DNA of 64,000 nt from Alphaproteobacteria bacterium (GCA_013288305.1 JABDCD010000001.1:4923-68922); one strand, 5' to 3'; positions 23,341-35,728 are shown, counted from the first letter of the stretch. Notes: generated from the sequence alone by a model not told the origin. Numbers and translations are program-made.

Positions 23341-23453
23341 ACGCGCCTCCGCTAAAGCAGGGCGATACTGCTGGCGAGTTTCGTATTAAAATACAGAATG
23401 TTACAGCAAGTCGCCCTGAATAACGCAAAACGATTTTTTATATAAGGAATAGT

Positions 23454-23828
23454 TTGATGCCAACCATCAATCAGTTGGTCCGCAGCCCTCGCCGTGCCGT
23501 TGCCAGGCGCAACAAGGTGCCGGCATTGCAGGCCTGTCCGCAGAAACGCGGCGTATGCACGCAGGTGAAAACGGTGACCCCGAAAAAGCCGAACTCGGCG
23601 CTGCGCAAAGTCGCGCGCATCCGGCTCACCAACGGCCACGAAGTATTCGGCTACATCCCCGGCGAAGGCCACAACCTGCAGGAACACAGCGTCGTGCTGA
23701 TCCGCGGCGGCCGCGTCAAGGATTTGCCCGGCGTGCGCTACCACATCATCCGCGGAACCTTGGATACGCAGGGTGTCAAGAACCGCAAGCAATCGCGCTC
23801 GGCCTATGGCGCGAAGAGACCGAAATAG
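23454..23828 (+). CDS. rpsL: 30S ribosomal protein S12
   Basis: MPTINQLVR...[19 protein letters not shown]. Confidence 0.98.
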   Translation: MMPTINQLVRSPRRAVARRNKVPALQACPQKRGVCTQVKTVTPKKPNSALRKVARIRLTNGHEVFGYIPGEGHNLQEHSVVLIRGGRVKDLPGVRYHIIRGTLDTQGVKNRKQSRSAYGAKRPK

Positions 23829-23838
23829 GGGATGAGTT

Positions 23839-24216
23839 ATGGTTGCGTCGAATATTAAACCGACTGTTTCAGTGACTAATTTTTTGAATGCACACTGGAT
23901 CTTGCGAAGAACGAAGGAAGTAGTGGGAACCGCTGAGGAACAACCTTATCTTGTCGATACTACCGATTTACCTCAAATGAGTGAAAATGAACGAGATCAA
24001 TTTGAGCACATGCTCGATGGTGTGCCCATTTCCCAAATTGGTGGGGGACCGGGCTCGGTTAAAACTACTATTGGCGGGTTTGGATTAGCCGCAAAAGAGA
24101 AGATAGTTGCTCTGGTTCATCCGTCTGAAGAGGTTCTTCCTTTTGACGGCGATCAGAGGCCTCTTCGTTTTGAAGGCGATCAGGGATTCCAGCAAACCGG
24201 AACAAGGTCCAGATAA
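23839..24216 (+). CDS. hypothetical protein (AT-shifted orphan between rpsL and rpsG)
   Basis: 125-aa ORF with GGGGA 7 nt upstream of the ATG. It fills the whole rpsL-rpsG intercistronic space. Confidence 0.55.
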   Translation: MVASNIKPTVSVTNFLNAHWILRRTKEVVGTAEEQPYLVDTTDLPQMSENERDQFEHMLDGVPISQIGGGPGSVKTTIGGFGLAAKEKIVALVHPSEEVLPFDGDQRPLRFEGDQGFQQTGTRSR

Positions 24217-24232
24217 TCAGGAGTTTATTATT

Positions 24233-24703
24233 ATGTCACGTCGTCACGCCGCACAAAAACGCCAAGTGTTACCGGATGCCAAATTCGGCGATCTGGTACT
24301 CACCAAGCTCATCAACACCATGATGTATAGCGGCAAGAAATCCGCCTCCGAGGCGATTTGCTACGAAGCGCTCGATATCATCAAGAAAAAAACCAGCGCC
24401 GACCCGCTGAAATTTTTCCACGATGCGCTCAATAACATCAAGCCCTCGATCGAAGTGCGCTCCCGCCGCGTCGGTGGCGCAACCTACCAGGTGCCGACCG
24501 AAGTGCGCGAAGAACGCCGCCTCGCGCTGGCGCTGCGCTGGCTGATCGAAGCCGCCCGCGCCCGCAAGGAAAAAACCATGCGCGACCGCATCGCCAATGA
24601 ACTCATGGACGCGGCGAATGGAAGAGGCGGGGCAGTTACGAAACGCGAAAATACGCACAAGATGGCGGAAGCGAATAAGGCTTTCAGTCATTATAGGTGG
24701 TAG
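24233..24703 (+). CDS. rpsG: 30S ribosomal protein S7
   Basis: [20 protein letters not shown]...[20 protein letters not shown] lies upstream. Confidence 0.97.
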   Translation: MSRRHAAQKRQVLPDAKFGDLVLTKLINTMMYSGKKSASEAICYEALDIIKKKTSADPLKFFHDALNNIKPSIEVRSRRVGGATYQVPTEVREERRLALALRWLIEAARARKEKTMRDRIANELMDAANGRGGAVTKRENTHKMAEANKAFSHYRW

Positions 24704-24707
24704 ATCA

Positions 24708-24839
24708 AATCCTGCGAGCCGTGAGGCTGCGCAGGATCAAATAGAAAGAAGAGTTATGAAGGTTGTATTTTTGAATCAAATTGACGGGAGGATCCCGTGC
24801 TCACGTCTTTTGCATATGCAAAAGCCGCGCCACGGGATT
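24708..24839. repeat. ATCCTG hairpin plus a variant ATCCCGTG hairpin, rpsG|fusA
   Basis: aatcctgcgagccgtgaggctgcgcaggatc at 24708-24738; gatcccgtgctcacg...gccacgggatt at 24791-24839. Confidence 0.8.
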
Positions 24840-24845
24840 TGAAAT

Positions 24846-26920
<2,075 letters not shown>

Positions 26921-26921
<1 letters not shown>

Positions 26922-26954
26922 ATCCTGTGGGCCGCGAAGCGGCAGCACAGGATC
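26921..26954. repeat. ATCCTG hairpin 1 directly after the fusA stop
   Basis: aatcctgtgggccgcgaagcggcagcacaggatc. Confidence 0.85.
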
Positions 26955-26961
26955 TGGGAAA

Positions 26962-27123
26962 ATGATGAGTGAAATTGTAGAAAAAGGATTGGAAGATCGA
27001 AAAGATAAATTTGGAATTTCTGAACGCGAAGCCCGTGAAATGTACGAGCGGATGCGGATGAAATATCCGGAGTTTCCAATAAAAGAATGGGAAAAGTTGA
27101 CTAAAAAAGAACTAAACAACTGA
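26962..27123 (+). CDS. hypothetical small protein (53 aa, my own translation; below the ORF-track cutoff)
   Basis: It translates as [53 protein letters not shown]. It is AT-rich and sits between the two hairpin halves at 26921-26954 and 27128-27157. The SD is weak. Confidence 0.4.
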   Translation: MMSEIVEKGLEDRKDKFGISEREAREMYERMRMKYPEFPIKEWEKLTKKELNN

Positions 27124-27127
27124 ACGA

Positions 27128-27157
27128 GATACTGCGCAGGCTTCGCCTCGCAGGATT
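27128..27157. repeat. ATCCTG hairpin 2 (degenerate), upstream of tuf
   Basis: gatactgcgcaggcttcgcctcgcaggatt. Confidence 0.8.
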
Positions 27158-27175
27158 GAAACGAGGAGCACAATT

Positions 27176-28366
27176 ATGACCAAAGAGACCTTCAAACGTA
27201 CGAAGCCGCATTGCAATATTGGCACGATCGGGCACGTGGATCACGGGAAGACGAGCCTGACGGCAGCCATAACAAAAGTCCTGGCCGAGACCGGCAAGGC
27301 GAAATACACCGCCTACGACCAGATCGACGCGGCCCCGGAGGAAAAGGCGCGCGGCATTACGATTAATACGGCGCACGTCGAGTACGAAACCGACAAGCGG
27401 CATTATGCCCATGTCGATTGCCCGGGCCACGCCGACTACGTGAAGAACATGATCACCGGCGCCGCGCAGATGGACGGCGCTATATTAGTAGTCTCTGCCG
27501 CCGATGGCCCTATGCCGCAAACCCGCGAGCACATTCTATTAGCCAGACAGGTCGGCGTCCCCGCCATCGTCGTGTTCTTGAACAAATGCGACATGGTCGA
27601 TGACCCCGAACTGCTGGAACTGGTCGAGATGGAAGTACGCGAGTTGCTCAACAAGTATAAATTCCCCGGCGACACCATCCCCATCATCAAGGGATCGGCT
27701 ACCTGCGCCCTGGAAGGCAAGTCCCCCGAACTGGGCCATGATGCCATCTTGAAGCTGATGGAAGCGGTGGACAGTACCATTCCCCAACCCGAACGCCCGC
27801 TGGACAAACCCTTCCTGATGCCAATCGAAGACGTGTTCAGCATCTCCGGCAGAGGTACTGTCGTCACGGGCCGCGTCGAGCGCGGCATCGTCAAGGTCAA
27901 CGAGGAAATCGAGATCGTGGGACTAAGGCCCACCCAGAAAACCGTCTGCACCGGCGTCGAAATGTTCCGCAAGCTGCTCGACGAAGGAAGAGCGGGTGAT
28001 AACGTCGGCATTCTCCTCAGAGGCACCAAGCGCGAAGAAGTCGAACGCGGCCAGGTGCTGTGCAAGCCGGGCAGCATCACCCCGCACACCAAGTTCACCG
28101 CGGAGATCTACGTGCTGACCAAGGAAGAAGGCGGAAGACATACTCCCTTCTTCAGCAACTACCGCCCGCAATTTTACTTCCGCACCACCGACGTCACCGG
28201 CAGCCTGACCCTGCCCAAAGGCGTCGAGATGATCATGCCCGGCGACAACGTCACCATCGAAGCCACCCTCATCTCCCCCATCGCTATGGAGGAGGGATTG
28301 AGGTTTGCTATTCGTGAGGGTGGTAGGACCATTGGGGCTGGGGTCGTGGCCAAGGTCGTGGAGTAG
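27176..28366 (+). CDS. tuf: elongation factor Tu
   Basis: [28 protein letters not shown] and NKCD. Confidence 0.98.
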   Translation: MTKETFKRTKPHCNIGTIGHVDHGKTSLTAAITKVLAETGKAKYTAYDQIDAAPEEKARGITINTAHVEYETDKRHYAHVDCPGHADYVKNMITGAAQMDGAILVVSAADGPMPQTREHILLARQVGVPAIVVFLNKCDMVDDPELLELVEMEVRELLNKYKFPGDTIPIIKGSATCALEGKSPELGHDAILKLMEAVDSTIPQPERPLDKPFLMPIEDVFSISGRGTVVTGRVERGIVKVNEEIEIVGLRPTQKTVCTGVEMFRKLLDEGRAGDNVGILLRGTKREEVERGQVLCKPGSITPHTKFTAEIYVLTKEEGGRHTPFFSNYRPQFYFRTTDVTGSLTLPKGVEMIMPGDNVTIEATLISPIAMEEGLRFAIREGGRTIGAGVVAKVVE

Positions 28367-28374
28367 GAGGAGTT

Positions 28375-28656
28375 ATGATTGAATCTAACAATAAGAGGGA
28401 AACTGCGCTGGTAAGACGCATAAAAGCTGCGACTGATCCGGCGAAACAATCCGAATTTCCACTTGATAAGGCTTTAGTGTTGAATGCCGCGCTTCAGCCT
28501 ATTGCTGAAGCAGTAGACGCACTTTCTGAAAGAGTGCGGCAGATCGAGTCTCATCTCGGTATTGAGCCACCGAGTACTGCAAGTGCCACCGATTTTTTAA
28601 GAGACCGTAGAAAAGCTGAGAAACGTGGTCTTGGCACTAACGGAACAGCTAGGTAA
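28375..28656 (+). CDS. hypothetical protein (AT-shifted orphan between tuf and rpsJ)
   Basis: 93-aa ORF with AGGAGG 5 nt upstream of the ATG. Its stop is 3 nt before the rpsJ ATG. Confidence 0.6.
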   Translation: MIESNNKRETALVRRIKAATDPAKQSEFPLDKALVLNAALQPIAEAVDALSERVRQIESHLGIEPPSTASATDFLRDRRKAEKRGLGTNGTAR

Positions 28657-28659
28657 TTT

Positions 28660-28977
28660 ATGCAAAACCAGAAAATCAGAATTTGGCTCAAGGCTTTCGA
28701 CCACCGCGTGCTCGACCAGAGCACGGCGGAGATCGTGAGCACGGCCAAGCGCACCGGTGCAAATGTGGTGGGGCCGATTCCGCTGCCGCGCCGCATTCAG
28801 CGTTATACGGTCAACCGCTCGCCGCACATCGACAAGAAATCGCGCGAGCAGTTCGAAATCCGCACGCACAAGCGCCTGATCGACATTCTCGATCCGACGC
28901 CGCAGACGGTCGATGCGCTGATGAAATTGGATTTGGCCTCGGGCGTGGATATTAAGATTAAGGCGGAGGCGGCTTAG
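28660..28977 (+). CDS. rpsJ: 30S ribosomal protein S10
   Basis: [18 protein letters not shown]...[23 protein letters not shown]. Confidence 0.98.
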   Translation: MQNQKIRIWLKAFDHRVLDQSTAEIVSTAKRTGANVVGPIPLPRRIQRYTVNRSPHIDKKSREQFEIRTHKRLIDILDPTPQTVDALMKLDLASGVDIKIKAEAA

Positions 28978-28981
28978 TACT

Positions 28982-29039
28982 AATCCTGTGGGCGCGAAGC
29001 GCAGCACAGGATCCTGCGCAGGCTTCGCCTCGCAGGATT
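28982..29039. repeat. bipartite ATCCTG hairpin repeat, rpsJ|rplC
   Basis: aatcctgtgggcgcgaagcgcagcacaggatcctgcgcaggcttcgcctcgcaggattt. Confidence 0.88.
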
Positions 29040-29055
29040 TTGAGAGGAAAGAATT

Positions 29056-29793
29056 ATGAGAACCGGACTGATAGCGAAAAAACTGGGCATGACGACCGTC
29101 TATGGCGACGCGGGCGAGGAAACGCCTGTGACCGTTTTGCAGGTGGAAAACTGCCAGGTCGTGGCGCAGAAGACTTTAGGCAGAGACGGCTATACCGCCG
29201 TGCAGCTGGGCGTCGGCGTGGCCAAGGCAAAAAACACCAGCAAAAGTTTGCGCGGTCATTATGCCAAGGCCAAAGTCGAACCCAAGCGCAAGCTCGCCGA
29301 ATTCCGCGTCGCCGAAAACGCGATTCTCGAGCCGGGCGTCGAGCTCGTCGCCAGCCATTTCGTGCCGGGACAATATGTCGATGTCTCCGGCGACACCGTC
29401 GGCAAGGGCTTCGCGGGCGTGATGAAGCGCTGGAATTTCGCCGGGCTGGAAGCGTCGCACGGCGTGTCGGTATCGCACCGCTCGCACGGATCGACCGGCC
29501 AGCGCCAGGATCCGGGCCGCACCTTCAAAGGCAAGAAAATGGCCGGGCACATGGGCACGCGCCGCCGCACCGTGCAGAATCTGGAAATCATGCAGGTCGA
29601 TGACGAGCAGGGCGTGATCATGGTCAAGGGCGCCGTGCCGGGCGCAGAAAACGGTTACGTGCTGGTCAAGGACGCGGTCAAAAAAGGCGCGCACCCGAAA
29701 GCGCCGTATCCGGCGGGTCTTCGGCAAAGTCCTGTGAGCGCCGAAGGCGCTGCACAGGATCCAGCGCAAGATACTCAGGAGGCCAAAAACTAG
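29056..29793 (+). CDS. rplC: 50S ribosomal protein L3 (C-terminal tail reads through a repeat)
   Basis: [16 protein letters not shown]...[13 protein letters not shown]. Confidence 0.97.
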   Translation: MRTGLIAKKLGMTTVYGDAGEETPVTVLQVENCQVVAQKTLGRDGYTAVQLGVGVAKAKNTSKSLRGHYAKAKVEPKRKLAEFRVAENAILEPGVELVASHFVPGQYVDVSGDTVGKGFAGVMKRWNFAGLEASHGVSVSHRSHGSTGQRQDPGRTFKGKKMAGHMGTRRRTVQNLEIMQVDDEQGVIMVKGAVPGAENGYVLVKDAVKKGAHPKAPYPAGLRQSPVSAEGAAQDPAQDTQEAKN

Positions 29794-29826
29794 ATCCTGC
29801 GCAATCGCAGAGCGATTCGCAGGATT
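29728..29826. repeat. bipartite ATCCTG hairpin repeat, rplC 3' end|rplD
   Basis: agtcctgtgagcgccgaaggcgctgcacaggatc lies in frame in rplC, followed by gatcctgcgcaatcgcagagcgattcgcaggatt. Confidence 0.88.
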
Positions 29827-29841
29827 TGTACGGAGATAATT

Positions 29842-30459
29842 ATGAAAACCAAAGTCATCACACTGGAAAACAAAGCCGCGGGCGAGATCGAACTCTCCAA
29901 GGAGATTTTCGGCCTCGACGTGCGGCAGGACATTCTGCACCGCATGGTCGAGTGGCAGCGCGCCAAAAAACAGGCGGGCACGCACAAGACGAAAACCATC
30001 AGCGAAATTCAGGGCACCACGAAAAAGCCGTGGAAGCAAAAAGGCACCGGCAACGCCCGTGCCGGCAGCTTGCGCTCGCCGCAGTTCCGCGGTGGCGCTA
30101 CGATTTTCGGCCCCGTCGTGCGCAGCCATGCGCAGGGCCTCAACAAAAAATTCCGCAAGCTGGCGCTCAAAATGGCGCTCTCGGCCAAGCACAAGGAAGG
30201 CGCGTTGTTCATCTTGGAGAACGCGCAGATGAAAAAACCGCAGACCAAGGCCATCGCCGCGTCGTTCAAGAAAAACGGCTGGGACAAGCCGCTCATCATC
30301 GACGGCACGCTGGACGTGGCCTTCGCCAAGGCGGCGCGCAATATCAAGCATGTCGACGTGCTGCCCGGCATCGGCGCCAACGTCTACGACATCCTGCGCC
30401 ACAAGCAGCTGGTGCTGACCAAGGATGCCATCGCGCAGCTGGAAGAGAGGCTCAAATGA
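29842..30459 (+). CDS. rplD: 50S ribosomal protein L4
   Basis: [25 protein letters not shown]. Confidence 0.97.
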   Translation: MKTKVITLENKAAGEIELSKEIFGLDVRQDILHRMVEWQRAKKQAGTHKTKTISEIQGTTKKPWKQKGTGNARAGSLRSPQFRGGATIFGPVVRSHAQGLNKKFRKLALKMALSAKHKEGALFILENAQMKKPQTKAIAASFKKNGWDKPLIIDGTLDVAFAKAARNIKHVDVLPGIGANVYDILRHKQLVLTKDAIAQLEERLK

Positions 30460-30797
30460 AACTCGGACGCAAAAAGAAAGATGCTACAGCCGCCGCCCCG
30501 AACGCGCGCGCCTATCATTACGACATTATCGTCTCGCCGGTGATAACGGAGAAATCCACCGCCGCCTCTGAGCATAACAAGGTGCTGTTCAACGTGCATC
30601 TGGACGCCAGCAAGGCCGACATCAAATCGGCGGTGGAAGCGCTGTTCAACGTGAAAGTCGCCAAGGTCAACACGCTGGTGCGCCAGGGCAAGACCAAGCG
30701 TTTCAAGAACGTCATGGGCAAGCATTCGGACGTCAAAAAAGCGATCATCACGCTGGTCGCAGGCCAGACGATTAATTTAGAGGGCGGAGCGAGATAA
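30456..30797 (+). CDS. rplW: 50S ribosomal protein L23
   Basis: [14 protein letters not shown]...NKVLFNV. Its start overlaps the rplD stop (ATGA). It is the 3' part of the long track ORF 29826..30797. Confidence 0.93.
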   Translation: MKLGRKKKDATAAAPNARAYHYDIIVSPVITEKSTAASEHNKVLFNVHLDASKADIKSAVEALFNVKVAKVNTLVRQGKTKRFKNVMGKHSDVKKAIITLVAGQTINLEGGAR

Positions 30798-30798
30798 C

Positions 30799-31626
30799 AT
30801 GGCACTCAAATCATTCAAACCCACCACCGCCGCGCAGCGCCAGCTGGTCATCGTTGACCGCTCGGAGTTGCATAAGGGCAAGCCGGTCAAGACGCTGACC
30901 GAAGGCTACAACAAATCCGGCGGGCGCAATAATAACGGGCGGCTGACGGCTTTCCGCGTCGGCGGCGGGCACAAAAAAGCCTACCGCGTCATCGATTTCA
31001 AGCGCCGCAAATTCGACATGCCGGCGGTAGTCGAGCGGCTGGAATACGACCCCAACCGCACCTGTTTCATCGCGCTGATCAAATACCAGGACGGCGAGCA
31101 GGCCTACATCATCGCGCCGCAGCGTATCGCCATCGGCGACAGCGTCATCTCGTCCGACAAGGCCGACATCAAGCCCGGCAACGCTATGCATATCAAAAGC
31201 ATCCCCGTCGGTACCATCATCCACAACGTCGAAATGAAGGAAGGCAAAGGCGGCCAACTCGCGCGCGCCGCCGGAACCTATGTGCAGCTCGTCGGCAAGG
31301 ACGGCGGCTTCGCGCAGGTCAAGCTGCGTTCGGGCGAAGTGCGCCAGATTCGCGGCGAATGTTTGGCCACCATCGGCGCGGTCAGCAATCCCGACCATCA
31401 GAACATCGTCATCGGCAAGGCCGGACGCTCGCGCTGGCTAGGCATCCGCCCATGCGTGCGCGGCGTCGCCATGAACCCGGTCGACCATCCGCACGGCGGC
31501 GGCGAAGGCCGCACCTCCGGCGGCCGCCACCCGGTAACGCCGTGGGGCAAAGGCACCAAGGGCACCAAGACGCGCTCGCGGAAAAAGAAGAACAAAATGA
31601 TTCTCAAGAATCGCCACGGCAAATAG
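30799..31626 (+). CDS. rplB: 50S ribosomal protein L2
   Basis: [15 protein letters not shown]...[14 protein letters not shown]. Confidence 0.98.
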   Translation: MALKSFKPTTAAQRQLVIVDRSELHKGKPVKTLTEGYNKSGGRNNNGRLTAFRVGGGHKKAYRVIDFKRRKFDMPAVVERLEYDPNRTCFIALIKYQDGEQAYIIAPQRIAIGDSVISSDKADIKPGNAMHIKSIPVGTIIHNVEMKEGKGGQLARAAGTYVQLVGKDGGFAQVKLRSGEVRQIRGECLATIGAVSNPDHQNIVIGKAGRSRWLGIRPCVRGVAMNPVDHPHGGGEGRTSGGRHPVTPWGKGTKGTKTRSRKKKNKMILKNRHGK

Positions 31627-31636
31627 GGAGTAAATT

Positions 31637-31933
31637 ATGGCACGTTCAGTTTGGAAAGGCCCGTTCGTCGATGGCTATCTGCTCAAGAAAGCGGATGTGG
31701 CACGCGCGTCGGGAAAGAACCAGATTATCAAGACCTGGTCGCGGCGTTCGACGATTCTGCCGCAGTTCGTGGGGCTGGTGTTCGGCGTTTATAACGGCAA
31801 GAAGTTTATTCCGGTGTCGGTGAACGAAGACATGATCGGCCACAAGCTGGGCGAGTTTGCGCCGACGCGCATCTTCATCGCCCACAGCGCGGCGGAGAAA
31901 AAGTCGGACAAACCGGCGGAGAAGAAGGATTAG
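31637..31933 (+). CDS. rpsS: 30S ribosomal protein S19
   Basis: [18 protein letters not shown]...[11 protein letters not shown]. Confidence 0.97.
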   Translation: MARSVWKGPFVDGYLLKKADVARASGKNQIIKTWSRRSTILPQFVGLVFGVYNGKKFIPVSVNEDMIGHKLGEFAPTRIFIAHSAAEKKSDKPAEKKD

Positions 31934-31937
31934 TATC

Positions 31938-32016
31938 AATCCTGTGAGCCGCGAAAGCGGCTGCACAGGATCAAAGGTAACAGATCCTGCGCAATCGCTT
32001 CGCGATTCGCAGGATT
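31938..32016. repeat. bipartite ATCCTG hairpin repeat, rpsS|rplV
   Basis: aatcctgtgagccgcgaaagcggctgcacaggatc + gatcctgcgcaatcgcttcgcgattcgcaggatt. Confidence 0.9.
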
Positions 32017-32028
32017 AGGGAGAAGAAT

Positions 32029-32514
32029 ATGAGCAAGAAAAGTTTAGAGCGCCAACTGGAGGCAACGGAAGCCAAAGCGGTCATCAACCGCCTGCGCATT
32101 TCGCCGCGCAAGTTGAACCTGGTGGCGGGCTTGATCCGCGGCATGGATGTCAGCAGCGCGCTGACGCAGCTTTCTTTCAGCGGCAAGCGCATTGCCAATG
32201 ACGTGCGGAAGGGGCTGCAATCGGCCATCGCCAATGCCGAGAATAACCATAATCTGAACGTCGATTCGCTCTATGTGAAAGAGGCCTATGTCGGCAAGAA
32301 CATCGTCATGAAGCGCATGCACACGCGCGGCCGCGGCCGCTCGGCGCGCATCTTGAAACCGTTCGCCAATTTGACGCTGATCGTGCGCGAGCGCGGCGAG
32401 GAAAGTATCAATCCTGTGAGCCGTAAGGCTGCACGGGATCAAGCGAAAAAGTCGAAAGATCCTGTGCAGCGCAAAAAGCGCTCACAGGATTCAAAGAAAA
32501 AGGAGTCCAACTAA
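32029..32514 (+). CDS. rplV: 50S ribosomal protein L22 (long repeat-derived C-terminal tail)
   Basis: [20 protein letters not shown]. The tail from about 32404 is encoded by ATCCTG hairpins. Confidence 0.95.
   Translation: MSKKSLERQLEATEAKAVINRLRISPRKLNLVAGLIRGMDVSSALTQLSFSGKRIANDVRKGLQSAIANAENNHNLNVDSLYVKEAYVGKNIVMKRMHTRGRGRSARILKPFANLTLIVRERGEESINPVSRKAARDQAKKSKDPVQRKKRSQDSKKKESN
32410..32491. repeat. bipartite ATCCTG hairpin repeat translated as the rplV C-terminal tail
   Basis: aatcctgtgagccgtaaggctgcacgggatc + gatcctgtgcagcgcaaaaagcgctcacaggatt. Confidence 0.88.
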
Positions 32515-33227
32515 TGGGTCAGAAAGTAAACGCAATCAGCTTCCGCGTCGGCGTCAACAAGAATTGGGATTCGCGCTGGTACGCCAATGATGCCAATTAT
32601 GCCGACCGGTTGCACGAGGATCTGCAGATCACCAAGTATCTGAAAAAGACGCTCGATGCCGCCGGCGTGAGCAAAATCGTCATCGAGCGCCCGACCAAAA
32701 AGGCGCACGTCACGATCCATACGGCGCGTCCCGGCGTGGTGATCGGCAAGAAGGGCGCCGACATCGACAAGATCAAAAAGGACCTCGCCCAATTCACCAA
32801 GGACGAGATCCACGTCAACATCGTGCCGGTGCCCAAGCCCGAGCTGGACGCCACGCTGATCGCCGAATCCGTGGCGCAGCAATTGGAAAAGCGCGTCGCC
32901 TTCCGCCGCGCCATGAAACGCGCCGTGCAGTCGTGCCTGCGTTTGGGCGCGCTCGGCATCCGCATCAACGTCAGCGGCCGCCTCGGCGGCGCCGAAATCG
33001 CGCGCATGGAATGGTACCGCGAGGGCCGCGTGCCGCTGCACACGCTGCGCGCCGACGTCGATTACGGCGTCGCCGAAGCCAAAACCACCTACGGCGTCAT
33101 CGGCGTCAAAGTATGGGTGTTCAAGGGCGAGATCATCGGCAAGAAAAAAGACACGATACATGAGGAACCGGCGGTGGCGAATGAAAATCTGCCGCCTGTG
33201 GAACCGACGCTGGAAACCAAGGAATAA
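32514..33227 (+). CDS. rpsC: 30S ribosomal protein S3
   Basis: [24 protein letters not shown]; KH domain. Confidence 0.98.
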   Translation: MGQKVNAISFRVGVNKNWDSRWYANDANYADRLHEDLQITKYLKKTLDAAGVSKIVIERPTKKAHVTIHTARPGVVIGKKGADIDKIKKDLAQFTKDEIHVNIVPVPKPELDATLIAESVAQQLEKRVAFRRAMKRAVQSCLRLGALGIRINVSGRLGGAEIARMEWYREGRVPLHTLRADVDYGVAEAKTTYGVIGVKVWVFKGEIIGKKKDTIHEEPAVANENLPPVEPTLETKE

Positions 33228-33239
33228 CGAGCAACGCAT

Positions 33240-33653
33240 ATGATGAGTCCTAAAAAAACCAAGTACCGCAAGGCGCATAAAGGCCGCATCCGCGGCAACG
33301 CCAAGGGCGGCTTTACGCTGAATTTCGGCGAGTATGGCTTAAAAGCCCTGCAGCCGGAGCGCGTCACGGCGCGGCAGATCGAGGCGGCGCGGCGCGCCAT
33401 TTCGCGCCACGTCAAGCGCGTCGGGCGCATGTGGATCCGCATATTCCCCGACCTGCCGGTGACCAAAAAACCGGCCGAAGTGCGCATGGGCAGCGGCAAG
33501 GGCAGCGTGGAATTCTGGGCCTGCCGCGTCGAGCCGGGCCGCATCATGTTCGAGATCGACGGCGTGCCGGAAGCCGTGGCGCGCGAAGCGTTCGACCGCG
33601 CCAGCGCCAAGCTGCCGATCAAGACCAAATTTGTTGCCAGATTAGCGGAGTAA
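33240..33653 (+). CDS. rplP: 50S ribosomal protein L16
   Basis: [13 protein letters not shown]...[12 protein letters not shown]. Confidence 0.97.
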   Translation: MMSPKKTKYRKAHKGRIRGNAKGGFTLNFGEYGLKALQPERVTARQIEAARRAISRHVKRVGRMWIRIFPDLPVTKKPAEVRMGSGKGSVEFWACRVEPGRIMFEIDGVPEAVAREAFDRASAKLPIKTKFVARLAE

Positions 33654-33656
33654 ACT

Positions 33657-33941
33657 ATGAAAATCGCCGAATTACGCGCCAAGAGCGCCGAAGAATTGAA
33701 AGACCTGGTGCTGTCGCTCAAGAAAGAACAGTTCAACCTGCGGATGCAGGCGGCCACCGGTGCGCTGGAAAATAAAGGCCGCTTCAAGATCGCCCGCCGC
33801 ACCATCGCGCGCGCGAAAACTTTATTGGGTGAAACGCCGGGAGCGGTGAAGGCTCCGTCTGCGCCTAAGGCCAAGACTGAGAAAAAGGCTGCGCCGGAGA
33901 AGGCCAAAAAGACCGTAAAAGCCAAGAAAGAAAAGGAATAG
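33657..33941 (+). CDS. rpmC: 50S ribosomal protein L29 (Lys/Ala-rich C-terminal extension)
   Basis: ELRAKSAEELKDLVLSLKKEQFNLRMQ. Confidence 0.93.
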   Translation: MKIAELRAKSAEELKDLVLSLKKEQFNLRMQAATGALENKGRFKIARRTIARAKTLLGETPGAVKAPSAPKAKTEKKAAPEKAKKTVKAKKEKE

Positions 33942-33944
33942 CCT

Positions 33945-34175
33945 ATGCCGAAACGAGTATTGACCGGAGTCGTCGTCAGCGACAAGAACGAGAAAACGGT
34001 GACCGTGCGCGTTGACCGCCGCATGTCGCACCCGATTTACAAAAAAACCATCCAGCGCTCGAAAAAATACGCGGCGCACGACGAGAAGGAACAGTTCAAG
34101 GTCGGCGACAAGGTACAGATCATCGAATCCAAGCCCATCTCCAAGACCAAGCGCTGGGCTGTGGTGTATGAATAA
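33945..34175 (+). CDS. rpsQ: 30S ribosomal protein S17
   Basis: [21 protein letters not shown]...HPIYKK. Confidence 0.97.
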   Translation: MPKRVLTGVVVSDKNEKTVTVRVDRRMSHPIYKKTIQRSKKYAAHDEKEQFKVGDKVQIIESKPISKTKRWAVVYE

Positions 34176-34241
34176 TAGGTTCTAGGTGCTAGAGGCTAGG
34201 TTCTAGTTTTAACTAGCACCTAGAACCTAGCCCCTAGCACC
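34176..34241. repeat. tandem-heptamer-arm hairpin, family G (TAGGTTC), rpsQ|rplN
   Basis: taggttctaggtgctagaggctaggttctag tttt aactagcacctagaacctagcccctagcacc. Confidence 0.88.
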
Positions 34242-34264
34242 TTAATGAAAAAACAGAGGAATTT

Positions 34265-34633
34265 ATGATACAGCAACAAACCAATCTCGAAGTCGCCGAC
34301 AATTCCGGTGCGCGGCGTGTGATGTGCATCAAGGTATTGGGCGGTTCGCAGCGGCGGTACGGCTCGGTCGGCGACGTCATCGTCGTCTCGATCAAGGACG
34401 CCATTCCGCGCGGCAAGGTCAAAAAAGGCGAGGTGCACAAGGCCGTCATCGTGCGCACGCGCCGCGATATCCGCCGTCCCGACGGCAGCACGATCCGTTT
34501 CGACAAGAACGCAGCGGTGCTGCTCACGGCGCAAAACGAGCCGATCGGCACGCGCATCTTCGGACCCGTAACGCGCGAACTGCGCGCCAAGCAGTTCATG
34601 AAGATCGTGTCGCTGGCGCCGGAGGTATTATGA
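34265..34633 (+). CDS. rplN: 50S ribosomal protein L14
   Basis: [28 protein letters not shown]. Confidence 0.98.
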   Translation: MIQQQTNLEVADNSGARRVMCIKVLGGSQRRYGSVGDVIVVSIKDAIPRGKVKKGEVHKAVIVRTRRDIRRPDGSTIRFDKNAAVLLTAQNEPIGTRIFGPVTRELRAKQFMKIVSLAPEVL

Positions 34634-34690
34634 GGTTCTAGGGACTGGGTTCTAGGTTCTAGTAGCACCTAGCCCCTAGAACCTAGCACC
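34634..34690. repeat. family G hairpin, rplN|rplX
   Basis: ggttctagggactgggttctaggttctag tagcacctagcccctagaacctagcacc. Confidence 0.88.
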
Positions 34691-34712
34691 TAAATTTATA
34701 AGGAATGAGAAA

Positions 34713-35033
34713 ATGACAAAGGCAAAGTTTAAAGTAAAAAAAGGCGACGAAGTCATCGTCATCGCCGGCCGCGAAAAAGGCAAAAAGGGTAAGATCACGC
34801 AGGTGATCACCGAGTCGTCGCGCGTCGTCGTCGAGGGTGTCAACAAGGTGAAGCGCCACCAGAAACCGTCCAAGCTTTCCGGCGGCGGCATCGTCGAGAA
34901 AGAAATGTCGCTGCACGTGTCCAACGTCATGCTGCTCGACCCCAAATCGGGCAAGGGCACGCGCGTCGGCTATAAAATCGAAGGCGAGCGCAAGCTGCGC
35001 ATCGCGCGGAGTTCAGGAGCACCAATCCTGTGA
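34713..35033 (+). CDS. rplX: 50S ribosomal protein L24
   Basis: KVKKGDEVIVIAGREKGKKGKI; KOW motif. Confidence 0.96.
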   Translation: MTKAKFKVKKGDEVIVIAGREKGKKGKITQVITESSRVVVEGVNKVKRHQKPSKLSGGGIVEKEMSLHVSNVMLLDPKSGKGTRVGYKIEGERKLRIARSSGAPIL

Positions 35034-35083
35034 GGCGTGAGCCTGCACAGGATCCTGTGCAGTCGCTTCGCGCCTCGCAGGAC
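35024..35083. repeat. bipartite ATCCTG hairpin repeat, rplX 3' end|rplE
   Basis: aatcctgtgaggcgtgagcctgcacaggatcctgtgcagtcgcttcgcgcctcgcaggact. Confidence 0.85.
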
Positions 35084-35108
35084 TAAGTAAATAGAGAAGG
35101 AAAAGAAT

Positions 35109-35711
35109 ATGGCTAAAACAAATGCAATGAAAAAAGATCCTGCGCCGCCTGGCGGCTCGCAGGATAAATACACGCCGCGCCTCCAGGCCGCCTACGAAAA
35201 AGAGGTGCGTGCGGCGCTGCAGAAGCAGTTCAATTACAAGAACGCCATGCAGGTGCCCAAGCTCGACAAAATCGTCATCAACATGGGCGTCGGCGAAAAC
35301 GTCAACGACAGCAAAACCATCCAGGCGGCGGTCAGCGACATGACGTTGATTGCCGGCCAGAAGCCGCTCATCACCAAGTCGAAAAAAGCCATCGCCAGCT
35401 TCAAGCTGCGCGAAAACCTGGCCATCGGCTGCAAGGTGACGCTGCGCAAGCAGAAGATGTACGAGTTCCTTGACCGGCTGATCAACACCGCCCTGCCGCG
35501 CGTGCGCGATTTCCGCGGCGTGAAAAACAACAGCTTCGACGGCCGCGGCAATTACGCGCTCGGCCTCAAAGAGCAAATCGTGTTCCCCGAGATCAATTAC
35601 GACAAAATCGATCAGGTGCGCGGTATGGACATCATCATCTGCACCACCGCGGGCACCGACGCCGAGGCGAAGGCATTGCTCACCGGCTTCAACATGCCTT
35701 TCATTAAATAG
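35109..35711 (+). CDS. rplE: 50S ribosomal protein L5 (N-terminal extension contains a translated hairpin repeat)
   Basis: [13 protein letters not shown]...[17 protein letters not shown]. There is no ATG downstream of the repeat at 35136-35165, so the repeat must be translated. Confidence 0.95.
   Translation: MAKTNAMKKDPAPPGGSQDKYTPRLQAAYEKEVRAALQKQFNYKNAMQVPKLDKIVINMGVGENVNDSKTIQAAVSDMTLIAGQKPLITKSKKAIASFKLRENLAIGCKVTLRKQKMYEFLDRLINTALPRVRDFRGVKNNSFDGRGNYALGLKEQIVFPEINYDKIDQVRGMDIIICTTAGTDAEAKALLTGFNMPFIK
35136..35165. repeat. single ATCCTG hairpin inside the rplE 5' coding region
   Basis: gatcctgcgccgcctggcggctcgcaggat, which encodes [10 protein letters not shown]. Confidence 0.85.
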
Positions 35712-35728
35712 AGACGAGTGAGGTGAAT

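Noticed and set aside
24764-24842. 28-codon mini-ORF (MKVVFLNQIDGRIPCSRLLHMQKPRHGI) between rpsG and fusA.
   Set aside because: It largely coincides with a hairpin repeat (24791-24839), the SD is weak, and the peptide has no recognisable features. It is more likely non-coding repeat sequence.
29826-30797. 323-aa track ORF spanning the rplD region.
   Set aside because: Only the last 113 codons (30456-30797, L23) are recognisable. The upstream part is an alternative frame of rplD with an Arg/Gly-rich nonsense translation.
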